Origin: Dictyostelium discoideum
Taxonomy: Eukaryota
DNA: 64,000 bases
Assembly (NCBI GenBank): GCA_000004695.1
Contig: CM000151.3
Coordinates: forward strand, 96,001 to 160,000
Direction of reading: 5' to 3'
Position 1 is the stretch's first letter; the number at the start of each line of letters is the position of its first letter. Below, one piece after another: positions 36,172 to 51,173 of this stretch. The notes beneath the pieces are model-generated. The model made no database searches. It saw only the letters and a program-made list of their open reading frames with translations, and had not been told where the DNA came from. Position numbers and translations under genes: made by a program.

Positions 36172-37092
36172 ATGATATCATCAATAAATAGAATTAAAAC
36201 AATTAAAACAATTAATAATATTAATAATATTAATAATATTAATAATATTATTAAATTTCAAAGTATTTGTAATATAAGAGGATATGTTTCAGATAATTTT
36301 AAAAAATTTTCAAAAGATAAAGATAAAAGAAAATTTTATGGTCAAGAATTTGAAAAACGACAGCAACAAGATAGAGATAACCCAAATCAATGGGAACAAC
36401 AACAATATGAAGAAAATATAAATTTTCAAAATGGTCAATTCCAATTTCATTCCTCTTCTTCTTCTCAACAATCATTTTCACTATTTAAAATAATTAGTTC
36501 AATATTGGGTGCAATTATAAAGAATAAATTATTCCCAAAGAATGATTATAAGGATTTATATCAATTTGCATGTACAGTTTTACAAGATAATAAAAAATTA
36601 ATTAAAGAGGAAGCAGGATTGCCATATATAAATATTGAAAAACCAGCGATTCTATTTAGTGGTGCTCCAACATTAATACCAGGTTTACAAGAAGTGATTA
36701 TGATATTACAATTACCAACACCACCAAACACTGATGAAAATCGTCATGTAACTTTACAAGCGATAGTTCATGGAAAACGATTACCTGATGTAGTTGTTCA
36801 AAAGAGTTTTCCTTGGAATTTATTTGGTGATGGAACTGAAACTGTTAAATCTGCTGAACCAACTAGAGTAGTACTATTACTAAGTATTAACTCTATAAAT
36901 GAATTTGGCCAAGTTGCAAGTGAAAAGAGAGAAATTGAACTTTTCGTTTCAGAATATGAAATTTATGAAAATGATCAATATAATAATAATAATAATAATA
37001 ATCAAAAACAATATAGAAATCAAGAAATTATTACTTTAGATCCAAAATATTATCATGAAGTTGATAAAAATAATAAATCAAATAAAAAATAA
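36172..37092 (+). CDS. Hypothetical protein, 306 aa, with an N-terminal region resembling a mitochondrial presequence
   Basis: Single ORF. No family recognised by eye. Low-complexity N/Q stretches. Confidence 0.35.
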   Translation: MISSINRIKTIKTINNINNINNINNIIKFQSICNIRGYVSDNFKKFSKDKDKRKFYGQEFEKRQQQDRDNPNQWEQQQYEENINFQNGQFQFHSSSSSQQSFSLFKIISSILGAIIKNKLFPKNDYKDLYQFACTVLQDNKKLIKEEAGLPYINIEKPAILFSGAPTLIPGLQEVIMILQLPTPPNTDENRHVTLQAIVHGKRLPDVVVQKSFPWNLFGDGTETVKSAEPTRVVLLLSINSINEFGQVASEKREIELFVSEYEIYENDQYNNNNNNNQKQYRNQEIITLDPKYYHEVDKNNKSNKK

Positions 37093-37238
37093 TAATAATT
37101 TCTTTTTCTATTTAATAAAAATTAATTTCCGCTTTGCTCTTTTTTTTAAAAAAAATAATAATAAATAATTTCTAAAATAAATAAAGATTTTTTCGATTTT
37201 TTTTTAAATGTTTTTTTATTATCTATTTATCTATCAAT

Positions 37239-37921
37239 TTATTGAGCTTTAGTGTAAACACCGTTACCGTGACCTTTGATGATTTGTTTGATGAGACCTT
37301 TTGATAATAATTCCTATAATAATTTTAATAAAAAAAATAATTAATATATGTTTTTTTTTTTTTTGCATTTCTTTTGGGATTTTGAAACTTACTTTGATGG
37401 CTCTACGGGCTAATGAACCATTGCACTTCATTCTTTCAGAAACAACAGCGGTAGTGATAACTTTAGCAGTTGGCATTTCTTTTAAGAGTTTGGCGTAGGT
37501 TTCTTTATCGAAGAGAATAGCATTGTTTAACTTTTCTCTTGATCTACCTTTAGACCATTTCTTTCTACCGGCACCACCGGAACTACCTTTGGCGGCAGCT
37601 TTGGATGCTTGAATTTGTTTGGATTTACCTCCAGCGGCTTTTGGTGGCTATATAATATTAAATATTAATAATCTATCATAGTTTTTGATATAGTGTTGTG
37701 TGTATATGTATTTAATTGATTGTTGATCATTGATTGATGAGTTGTTGATGAACGATTGATGACATGCATAACCCAACTATTATCTTATATATTTATTAAT
37801 CTTTTAATCAATCATTCATCATCATCATCATCATCATCCAAATTTAATCTTTCAATCAATGATAATAGTAATAATTAAATAATAATCTGTCATGTAAACG
37901 TATTAAGTCTCCACATACCAT
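37239..37921 (-). CDS. rps25: 40S ribosomal protein S25, 110 aa. Exons 37919..37921 (ATG only), 37393..37647 and 37239..37313.
   Basis: [12 protein letters not shown]...[83 protein letters not shown]. The ATG is immediately followed by GTATGT. The 271-nt intron ends ..tattatatag. Confidence 0.7.
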
Positions 37922-39004
37922 TTTGTATTATCTGTATCGAAAAAGGGGTTTGAAAAAAAAAAAAAAAATTTGTGAAGTATTGTTTGATTTTTTTTTTTTT
38001 TCGAAATTTTTTTTTTTTTTTATTTTTTTTTTTTTTCACTTTTTGAAAATTTTAATACGTTTCAAGTCACCAAAAAAAAAAACATAAAGATAATTGTAAA
38101 ATTTTTTAGCAATCAAAAATAAAATTAATAAAAAAAATAAATAAAAAATAAATAAAAAATAAATGAATAGATAAAAAAATTATATAAAACAAATAATTAA
38201 TAATAATTTGTTGTTTTTATTTATTATTATTATTTTTTTTTTGTCATTTTTTTTTTATTTTTTTTTTTTTATTTTTCGGTAACGATATCCAAAAAATTTT
38301 GGAACAAGTTTTTAATTGTTTAGTCATTTTTTTATTTTTTATTTTTTTATTTTTTTTAATTTTTTATACAATTAATTATATTTTTTCAGTCATAGGAACC
38401 ACTTTTTTTTATTTTCTTTTTTTTTTTTTTTTGTTATTTTTATTATTATTATTTTTTTTTTTTAGATCTTAAAAATAAAAAAAATAAATGTATAGAATAG
38501 TATTTTTTTCATTTTTTTTTATTTTTTTTTAAAATAATTAGTTTTAAAACATTTTATTATTCAATTGGAGGAATTTGATCGAATATTCCGTCATTGCATA
38601 CTTTTAATCGGAAAAAAAAACACTTTGTGAACATACAACACACAACATAATAGCAATTTCTGAAAATTAAATTATTTTTTTTTTTATTTTTTTATTTTTT
38701 TATTTTTTTTTTATTTTTTTTTTTTTTTTTAAATTAACACCAAACCCAATTTTTTTTTAATTTTTCTTAATTTATAAAAACAGTGAAAATATTATTATTT
38801 TAAAAACCACCAAAAAAAAAATAAAAAAAAAATAAAAACATAAAAATCGGACACAAATAAATAAATAAATAAACAGATAATTAATTAATTAATTAATTAA
38901 ATAAATAATAATAATAATATAAAAAATAAAATAATTAATTAATTAATTAATTAAATAAAATAAAATAAATAAATAATTAATTAATTAAATAAAATAAAAT
39001 AATA

Positions 39005-40400
39005 ATGAAAGATAATAAAACAAAATTAATTATTTATTTTTTTATAGCTATAATAAGTGGATATATTTATTATTCCAACCAACAATTGAATAAACAAAAT
39101 ATAGTGAAACAAGTTATCTATGAAAAACTTCATACTAAAAATTTGATTATTAATGGTGAAGATAAACCAATAATTTTAGCTCACCGTGGTTCAAGATATT
39201 TATTACCTGAAAATACAATTTTAGCATTTAAAACTGCTTTAGACATTGGTGCTGATGTTATAGAGGTAAATATATTATTTTAATTTTTAAAATTTCCAAA
39301 AAAAAAAAAAAAAAAAAAAATAAAAAAAAAAAAATTAAATAAAATAAAATTACCAACACACACACACACACATATGTATATATATATGGAAATAATTAAT
39401 TAATTATTTTTTATAGACAGATGTTAGAAAAACAATTGATGGTGAACTTGTAATTTTTCATGATAAATCAGTTGAAAGAACTACAAATGGTAAAGGTGAT
39501 GTTGAAGAATTAACATTAAAAGAATTGAAATCATTAGATGCAGCATATAGATTTTCAGCAGATAATGGTACTACCTATCCATATCGTGGAAAAGGAATTC
39601 AAGTACCAACACTTGTTGAAATGTTTGAAAGTTTACCAAGTGATACACAAATTAATATTGAGATCAAAGAGGATGATATGGAAGTGGCTGAAAAGCTATG
39701 GAAAGAGATTGAGCATCAAATGGAGACCACCACAAGAAAGCCTAAATCCATTTTAATCGGCTCGAGATACTGCCCCCCCACCCAACACATCCGTTCCCTA
39801 GCAAAACTTTACCAAACTCGTAATAACATCGCTCAATTACCAATCAGCACATCAGCATGCGAGAAGGATGTAACCAAATTCGTGGTTTTGAATCAACTTT
39901 TTTTAGCACCCATTTACTTCTCAATGTACCCTATCACCGGTTACGAATGCTTTCAAGTGCCAGTCGCGTCGGGCCCCATACATTTAGACACTTTGAAATT
40001 CATCGATGCGGCTCACCATTTTGGTAAACACGTTCATTTTTGGGTTGTAAACTTTAAGGATGAGATCGATCATCTCTTAACTCTCCCCATTGATGGTATC
40101 ATTTCAGATAGACCAGATCGTGTCGTTGAACAATTTAAATCACATAATATCAAATCAAAACAATTTCAAATTCCAAAACCATTACCATCAAATACAACTG
40201 GTACTTACTATTTACCACTTTACGATATAGATGAAAATCATACTTGTGTCACTATTACTTGTATTCTCTTACAACGTAGTCATCAAATTGTAATCTCTTT
40301 AATTTTCTCTTTTTTACTTTTAAAATTAATAAATTTTAAAAATAATAATAATAATAATAGACAAGTTAAAAATCAAAATTTACAAAAAAAAGTTAAATAA
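39005..40400 (+). CDS. Glycerophosphodiester phosphodiesterase (GDPD/UgpQ family) with an N-terminal transmembrane anchor. Exons 39005..39265 and 39417..40400.
   Basis: HRGSRYLLPENTILAFKTALDIGADVIE/TDVRKTIDGELVIFHDKSVERTTNG is the GDPD catalytic signature. Donor GTAAAT; acceptor ttttttatag. The C-terminal end of the CDS is uncertain. Confidence 0.6.
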
Positions 40401-40476
40401 CTTTTTTTTTTAATAATAAAAGTAATAATAAAATTTTATCTAAATTATTTAATTTTAATTTTAATTTTAATTTAAT

Positions 40477-42924
<2,448 letters not shown>

Positions 42925-42953
42925 TTTAATTTAGTTTTTTTAATTTATTTTAT

Positions 42954-43019
<66 letters not shown>

Positions 43020-43068
43020 TATACATATATTATTTTATTAATTAATATATAAAAAAAAAGTAAATAAA

Positions 43069-43104
<36 letters not shown>

Positions 43105-43178
43105 AAAGTCACTAAAAAAAAAATAATATAAATGTGGGTTGTTTTAAAACACATTTAAAATAATTATGTCCGACTCTA

Positions 43179-43215
<37 letters not shown>

Positions 43216-43270
43216 ATTACATACTGGAAACCCCTCCATCGTTTGTATATTTTTGTTTTTTTTCATTTTT

Positions 43271-43304
<34 letters not shown>

Positions 43305-43579
43305 TATTTAGTTACGAAGAACAACAATTTCCCTTTTAAAACAAATAAAAAAAAAAATAATAATAAATATTAATAAAATTAAAAAAAAAATAAAAATAAA
43401 AATAAAAATAGGGAAAAACATAAAAATAAAAAAAAAATAAAAAAAAAAATATAAAATTTAAAAATAAAAAAAAAAAGAATTTAAATAAAAAAAAAAAAAA
43501 AAAATTTATTTTTTACACTTCTTTTTTTAATTAAATTAGAAATACAAGCATATTTTATTCATATATATATAGTTAAAAA

Positions 43580-44112
43580 ATGTCAATAAATAAAGAGGAT
43601 AATAATAAAGAGACTTACTTAATTCAACAAAACTTTACACAACAACAACAACAACATTTTTACCAACTTCAGATACAGCAACAACAACAACAAACAAATG
43701 AAAATAATATAAATTTTAATAATAATAATAATAATAATGTAAATAATTTTGAGAAATCTCATTTATCAAATGTTACAATAACCACAACAAATACCTTCAT
43801 AAATAATGTGAACAATGTAAATAATTTTAGTGTCAATTTAGATAATAGGAATAACAACGAAAATCATGTAAATAATAATAATAATAATAATAATAATGAA
43901 AATTTTTCAACTGAGGAACCTTATGATCAACAAGAGATAATTGGTGAAGTAAATATTAATTTAATTAAAAAAAAAAAAATAAAAATAAAATAAAAATAAT
44001 AAAATTATATAATTCTAATACATTTATTTAAAATAATTAGGTGTGTTATATGGTGGAAAATATTCATGTTGACAATGAAGAATCTGTTGATTATATGCCA
44101 TATATTAGTTAA
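43580..44112 (+). CDS. Gln/Asn-rich hypothetical protein, ~147 aa. Exons 43580..43948 and 44041..44112.
   Basis: Donor GAA|GTAAAT in phase 0; acceptor aataattag; the exon 2 ORF runs to TAA. Confidence 0.3.
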
Positions 44113-44423
44113 ATAATCAAAAACTCAAAAAATATGTTTGGAACGAAAAAGAAAAGATAAAAGATTTTCAAAGAAAAAAAAAATAAATAAATAAAATCTC
44201 AAGTTAAAATGTGTTATTTTAAACTATCTAAAAATCTGTTTCTTTTTTTCCTTTTCTTTTTTTCTCTTCTCTTCCTCTTTTTTTATTTTTATCATGCTTT
44301 AATCTTGAAAATATATAAAAAAATATAATATAATAAATAATGAATCTGTATATATTCCTATACTCTAAAATTGTTGGTAGATTTATATTTTTTAAAGAAA
44401 CAAATTTATTATAAAAAGATAAT

Positions 44424-45268
44424 TTAGAATCTTAATTTAGAGAAGAACCATTTTGATTTACCAGCTTTGTGTCTATTTTTTTAAAAAAAGGAGAAAATAG
44501 TTAGTAAAAGTTTTGGTGTTTTTTAGTTTAGTTTGGTTTTTTAAAATTTATCTATACATACTTGGCTTCAAAGATCTTTTTGACGGCTAAACGAGTGTGA
44601 GCACGTTTGGCGACTTGTGAGCTTTCAACAGTGACGGTGTTTTTGAGACCAGTGAAGGCAGATTCATCACGACCTTCAAAGTTGTAACGGGTTGGCATGA
44701 TGTGGTTGTAATTGACGACTTTAACAAATGAACGGATGGCAGTACGTTTGAGGATGGTCTTTCTGCTCATTGATCTAACGATTGAACGTGGGTATTTGTC
44801 GATACCAGCAACTAAACAGTGGCCGTATGGTCTTGATTTGCTTGCGGTGGCATCATCGAAGGTCTTGATGACAACAGCCTTACGACCGGCGTATTTACCG
44901 TTTAAGAGGATTACTAATCTACCTGGTTTGATGCTAAAAAAATAATATTTATATAATTTAAGGGTAAGTCCAAATTTGTTCATAATAACCCATACTATCA
45001 TGTGTTTCTATTAATCTATTATCAAACATCCTCATCCTCACATAATCCCAACATTCACATCACATATAATTATTATCCAAAAAACATATCATAGATTGAC
45101 AATGATGATTGATTATCTATTGTTGAATATTTTGATTAACTATTATTGAATATAGATTGATGAGGATTGATAAAGATTGATATAGATTGAGAAAGATAGA
45201 GAGAGAGAGAAATATAAAAAAAAAAAGATAGAGGTAATAATAACAATCACATACAACTTGGATGACAT
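44424..45268 (-). CDS. rpl27: 60S ribosomal protein L27 (eL27), 144 aa. Exons 45255..45268, 44562..44933 and 44424..44472.
   Basis: MSSK(F)/IKPGRLVILLNGKYAGRKAVVIKTFDD...VAGIDKYPR...FVKVVNYNHIMPTRYNFE.../(K)HKAGKSKWFFSKLRF. Donors GTATGT; the first exon is 14 nt. Confidence 0.7.
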
Positions 45269-45655
45269 GGTTGGTGTATAGAAGCTACTAAACGAAAAAC
45301 GCGAAATTTTTTTTTTTTTTTCATGCAGTTTTTTTTTTTTTTTTTTTAACGATTTCAAAAATTTTTTATTTTTTTTTTTTTATTTTTTTTTTTTTTTATG
45401 AGTGCGGAAAACCGTTATCTTATATTAATAATTTTTTGTATAAGTCAATTTCCATATTTTTTTTTTTTTTTTTTATTAATTATTTATTTATTTATTTTTT
45501 CTGATCTATTTATTTATTAGTTAAAAAATTATTATTATTATTATTATTTTTTTTAATAATAGTATTATTGTTGTTTATTTTTTATTTTTTTGAGAACTTT
45601 TTTTTTTAAAAGTGATTCACAATGAAAATTTAATCACACACAAAACTTTTTTTTT

Positions 45656-45689
<34 letters not shown>

Positions 45690-45745
45690 CTTCATTTTAA
45701 ATAAAGACAACCCAAAAACCAATTTATTAATGAAGGACCACTACA

Positions 45746-47828
45746 ATGAAAATTTTTTTAAAGAATGATGAAGAAAATTCTTTATTTAATTTTGATAATT
45801 CAAACCAAAATAATCAATTAAAGATTCTTAATGGTGATAACGCACTTCAATCATCTATCAATTCAGCGTTATCAATTTTCTCAATTTTGAAAACATCATT
45901 AGGTCCAAGAAGTATGAGTAAACTTATAATAAGTATGTATTTTTTTTTAAAAAAGTAAATAAAAAAAAACCAATAATCATATTGATAGAGGAAGTGAAAC
46001 CAACTAAATAATTTTTTTTTTTTTTTTTTTTTTTTTTTTCTAAATATAGAAGATAATGGTTCATATATAATTAGTAATGATGGTGCTACTATATTATCAA
46101 ATATTAAAGTTGAACATCCAGCAGCAGTTATATTAGTAAATATAGCATTATCACAAGATAGAGAGATTGGTGATGGAACAACATCAATAGTTTTATTAGC
46201 AGGTGAAATATTGAAATCATTAACAAAATTATATTTTCAAGCTAAATTTGATGGGAAATTAATTCATCAAACTACAATCACAACAATCCTATATCAACTA
46301 TTAGAAATAATTAATAATGGAATATTGGATTCAGTATCGGTTGAATATGATAATTCAACCACTGATACTCTATTCAAATTGGCAGGTGTTGCATTAGGCA
46401 CAAAACATTATTCTTATTGGACTAAAAATTTAACAACTATTACAATTAATGCAATTCAAAATTCAATTAATGCAAATCAAAATTCATCAATTATAATTGA
46501 TATTAAAAATAATATTCAAATTTGTAAATTACAAGGTGGTAATATTGATCAAAGTTGTTTTAAAAATGGTTTAATAATTTCAACAAAACAAATTCCATCA
46601 TTAATAAATATTAATAATAATAATAGTAGTATTAAATTAAAAACTATTATAGTTGGATATGATATTAATAAACATATTGAATCAACACAATCAATACATG
46701 AAACTATAAAATCAACACAAGAGATGAATAAATATTATGGAATAAGTGATAATTTAATTTTAAATTTTGTAGATAGATTAATTAGAAACAAAGTTACACT
46801 TGTATTTTTTAAACATAAAATAACAGATTTCTTATCACAATTATTATATTCAAATAATATTTCAATGGTTCAAGATTTTAATGATACCAATAGTAATTTT
46901 GAAGCAGATTCAATAATAACTAAACTTTCAAAATTAACAAATTCAATACCAATAATGAAATATGATGAATTGGATTTTCATTTACTTCAACAACAGCAAC
47001 AACAACAACAACAACAACAACAAAATGAATTTGAAGTTTATAGTTGTTTTGGTACAATTAGTAATTTTGAAATAATTTCAAAGTTTGAAGATGATTTTTA
47101 CATTTACTTAAAGTAAGTAATAATAATTACAAAAATAATATATAAAAAGAGTTTTTTTTTAACAATGTTTTTTATTATTTTTTATTTATTTTTTTATAAC
47201 TAGTAATAATTTTAAAAATAATGGATTATCATGTATATTGTTAAGAGGACCAACTAAAGATATAGTTGATGATTTAGAAATTGGTATTATAGATTCACTA
47301 TATTTAATTAAATCATCATTGGAATCAACTCCAATGATAGTTTATGGTGGTGGATCTTGTGAAATGGCAATATCAATGAAATTATTAGAATATTCAAATA
47401 GTATTAATATTAATGATAATGATAACGATAATGAAATAAATTATAATCAAAACTATTGGAAAAAAGAAATATCAAAAACATTATCAGAGTGTTTTCAAAT
47501 TATACCAACTATTTTAGTAATGAATGCATATAACTCTTGTTCAAATATTAAATCACCATTAGAAACAATAGCTGAATTATCAACTATTCACTCTAAAAAA
47601 AATCAAAATCAAACAGAAAAACAAGAAGAAGAAGAAGATAATGGTGGTGGTAGTAGTACTCAATGTAGTTTGGGTATTGATGGATGGACAGGTGAAATTA
47701 AAGATATGAAACAAATGAATATAATTGAACCATTAATACTTAAAAAATCAATTATAACTGCATCTATTCAAGCCGTTATAGCATTATTAAGAATTGATAC
47801 AATAGTATCTTCATCCTCTTTCGTTTAA
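45746..47828 (+). CDS. Divergent group II chaperonin of the TCP-1/cpn60 family, ~624 aa. Exons 45746..45932, 46050..47112 and 47204..47828.
   Basis: Equatorial-domain motifs are present: LGPRSMSKLII/..NDGATILSNIKVEHPAAVILVNIALSQDREIGDGTTSIVLLAGEIL and GIDGWTGEIKDM..IIEPLILKKSIITASIQAVIALLRIDTIV. The apical region is divergent and N-rich. The acceptor choice for exons 2 and 3 is moderately uncertain. Confidence 0.55.
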
Positions 47829-47921
47829 GAATAAAAAAATAAAAAAAAAAATAAAAAAATAAACATGTGTTTAATTATTTATTTATTATTATACATTTTT
47901 AAATAAAGGTATATATATGTT

Positions 47922-48507
47922 TTAAGAGTACATTGAATTATTTGAGTAATATCTTCTATCATTATCATTATCGTCATCGTTATTATTGGTGGTTGTCGAA
48001 CTATTAGTTGAACCATTTTTTAATTCATAATCTCTAACTATTCTAACCATTGATTCATATTCAGCATCAATTGTCGGTAATGGATAACGACAGTTTGGAC
48101 AAGCAGCAGAAGTTTTTAACCAGGAATCTAAACATTCATGATGAAAATAATGTTTACATGGTAATTTTAATGCTTCTGTATCGATTGGGAATTCACATAA
48201 ACAAATTGTACAATCACCTATTCTAGTTTTATTCTTTTCATTAATTGTAATTTCTTCTGTAATTTCATTAAATTGATATTCTGAAATTGGTGGTACTGGT
48301 CGACTTTAAAAAAAAAAAAAAAAAATAATAATCAACATTAATAAACAACACAACAAGTTTGATATGGTATGGAGCTGTTTACTCTAAATTCAATAATAAT
48401 TACTGTTTTAATGCAAATTTAATTCTTTCAATATCTATTTCTTCTTCTTGATTATCAAATCTAATATTAATATTCTCTATAAAGTTTCTTAAATTATTAT
48501 GAGCCAT
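47922..48507 (-). CDS. RING-H2 (C3H2C3) zinc-finger protein, 162 aa. Exons 48404..48507 and 47922..48303.
   Basis: CTICLCEF..LPCKHYFHHECLDSWLKTSAACPNCR. Donor CA|GTAATT in phase 2; acceptor ttaaag. Confidence 0.55.
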
Positions 48508-48921
48508 TTTGTGTATTATAAAATGAAATTAGTTTGTGGTTTTAAATTTTAAAATTAATGAAAATAAAAAAAATAAAAATAAAAATAAAATATTAAAAAA
48601 AAAAAAAAAAAAATAAAAAAAAATAAAAAAATTTTAAACAGCAAATAATTACATCTTAGATTAATAATTTTTTGTTGTTGTTTTTTTTTATTTATTTATT
48701 TTTGACTCATCATTAATAAATTAAATTATTATTAAAATATTTAAAAACAAAGAAAAAAAAAAAAAAAAAAAATTTAAATTCAATTTCATAGTATTTTCAC
48801 CAAGATATTTTCAAGGAATTTGATCTTTTTTTTTTAATTTTTTTTTTTTTTTTAAAAAAATATTGAGCATTTTTTTTATTTTTTTTTTTTTATTTTTTTT
48901 TTTTTTTTTTTTATTATTATT

Positions 48922-49502
48922 ATGATTTTTAATAAATTGAATTATTCATTGATTAGAAATAATACATTTAAAATTTTAAAAAGAAGAATGACAACAGCAA
49001 CTACAGCAACAATTAAAATTAATGGTAATGATACTCCATTAACAATTATTCCAAATGAAATTAGTTTAGAAACAGTTATGTCTGCACCAAATTTTAATAA
49101 ATGGATAAAGAAAATGGAATTAGAGAAAGAATTAAAAGTAAATAGTATTTCAGTTCAATCAGTTGATATGTTTGGTAAAAATGTTGGATTTCTTAAATTT
49201 AAAGCAGATGTCGTCACAGTGAAAGAGGGTAGAGTCGTGCCAGGTATCATTTTCTGTCGTGGTGGTTCCGTTGCAATTTTAGTGATTTTAAAATCAAAAG
49301 AAACCGGTAAAGAATATTCAGTATTAACTGTTCAAACTCGTGTACCAGTTGCATCTTTCCAATATTCTGAAATTCCTGCTGGTATGTTAGATGGTTCTGG
49401 TCATTTCGTTGGTGTTGCTGCAAAAGAATTAAAGTAATTATTAATAATCAAATTTACTTACTTACTTACTACTACTATTATAAAATATTAATATAAAAAA
49501 AA

Positions 49503-49536
<34 letters not shown>

Positions 49537-49882
49537 TTTATATATATTTATATATATATATTATAGAGAAGAAACAGGATTAGAAGTATCTGAAGATAAA
49601 TTAATAGATTTAACAAAATTAGCATATGGAACAGAAGTTGATGGTGTTTATCCAAGTCCAGGTGGTTGTGATGAGTTTATTAGATTATTCCTTTTTAGAG
49701 AAACATTGGATCAAAGTAAAATTGATGAACTTCAACATAAATTAACTGGTTGTTTAGATGAAAATGAAAGTATTACATTAAATATCGTTCCATTAGAAGA
49801 TTTATGGAAAAAGAGTCATGATGGTAAAACTTTATCAGCATTATACCTTTATGAAAAATTATTAAAAGATAATAAATTGTAA
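48922..49882 (+). CDS. Nudix hydrolase (ADP-sugar / UDP-glucose pyrophosphatase-like, NUDT14-type), ~275 aa. Exons 48922..49433 and 49567..49882.
   Basis: The Nudix box is split by the intron: AGMLDGSGHFVGVAAKELK/EETGLEV. Donor AA|GTAATT; acceptor ttatag. N-terminal presequence-like region. Confidence 0.55.
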
Positions 49883-49978
49883 AATTATATAAATAATAAT
49901 AAAAAATATATAATGATTTTTTTAAAAAAAAGGGTTGGTTTTTTTAATTTGTTTTATTTTTTTATTTTTTTTTTTTAT

Positions 49979-50752
49979 TTATTCATCATCTTCTTCATCT
50001 TCTTCACCATCTTCACCATCAAATTCATCGTCATCCTCATCATCATCATCATGATCTTCTTCTAAAAGGATTGAAAATGGATCTTCATATAATCTTGAAA
50101 ATTCTTCAAAAGTATCAAGATCAGCATCATTAGATTGTAACCAAGTTAAAATAAAACTTTGTTCAGCAAAATCAACTTGCTTTCTTTTTTTATTGTTGGT
50201 ATTATTTTTAAGAGTGATTGGAGTTGAATTTGTGTAATCGATTTTTGTGTTTTTACAAGTTGAATTACCATCTTTATCAGTTATAATCTCTTTTGTAATT
50301 TGTTTATTCTTAAAGATTGAATTATCTTTAAAAGAGAATACAATTTTTTTGATGATTTCTTCTTTTTCAAGGTTTATGTCAGTTTCAACTTCGATATTTG
50401 TTAAACAGTCAACTACTGCTTGATCATTGTCAGCAAAGTTATCAATCATTGCTTTTGATAGAATTGTACCCCAAAATCCTTGAAAATCTTTACTCTTTTG
50501 TAATAATTCTGATCTCTTTTTAAATTGAGATTTTAATTGTTGATTGAATTTATGTTCAACTTGTAACATTTTCTTTTTATTTTCTTCAAAAATTACTTTA
50601 ATTTTATCATTAATTACATTTAATTTATCTTGAATATCTTGTGGAATATCTGTTGTTGTTGTTGTAGAGGAAGCATTATTATTTTCAACAGTTTTTTCTT
50701 GTTCAACTTTAACAACTTTTTTATTATTATTATTTCCTTTTGATTTACTCAT
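49979..50752 (-). CDS. Nucleosome assembly protein (NAP/SET family) histone chaperone with an acidic C-terminal tail
   Basis: NAP motif KDFQGFWGTILSKAM.. and an Asp/Glu-rich tail. Single ORF of 257 aa. Confidence 0.5.
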   Translation of the reverse strand: MSKSKGNNNNKKVVKVEQEKTVENNNASSTTTTTDIPQDIQDKLNVINDKIKVIFEENKKKMLQVEHKFNQQLKSQFKKRSELLQKSKDFQGFWGTILSKAMIDNFADNDQAVVDCLTNIEVETDINLEKEEIIKKIVFSFKDNSIFKNKQITKEIITDKDGNSTCKNTKIDYTNSTPITLKNNTNNKKRKQVDFAEQSFILTWLQSNDADLDTFEEFSRLYEDPFSILLEEDHDDDDEDDDEFDGEDGEEDEEDDE

Positions 50753-51173
50753 TTTTTTTCGTTTTTTTTATTTTTTTATTTTTTTTTTTATTTATAGGTA
50801 CTTCGTAAAAATAAATGAAATGAAAAATTACCGAGATTTTTTCAAAAAAATTTTTTTTTTTTTTATTTCACAAAAAAAAAAAAATAAAAAAAAATATAAA
50901 AAAAAATAAAATTAATAAAAATAACTGTAAAAAAAAAAAAAAAATAATAATAATAAAATAATAAATTTAGTATTTTTTTTTTTTTTTTTAATTAAAACAT
51001 TTTTATATTTTAGAAATCATAAATTCATAAAATAAAAAAAAAAAAAAAAAAAAAAAAAAATGAAAATTCTTGGTTTTAACCAAATACCACAAATTTGTTG
51101 TTAGATGGAATATTTTTTTATTTTTTATTTTTTATTTTATTTTATTTTATTTTTTTTTTAAATTTTTAAATTT

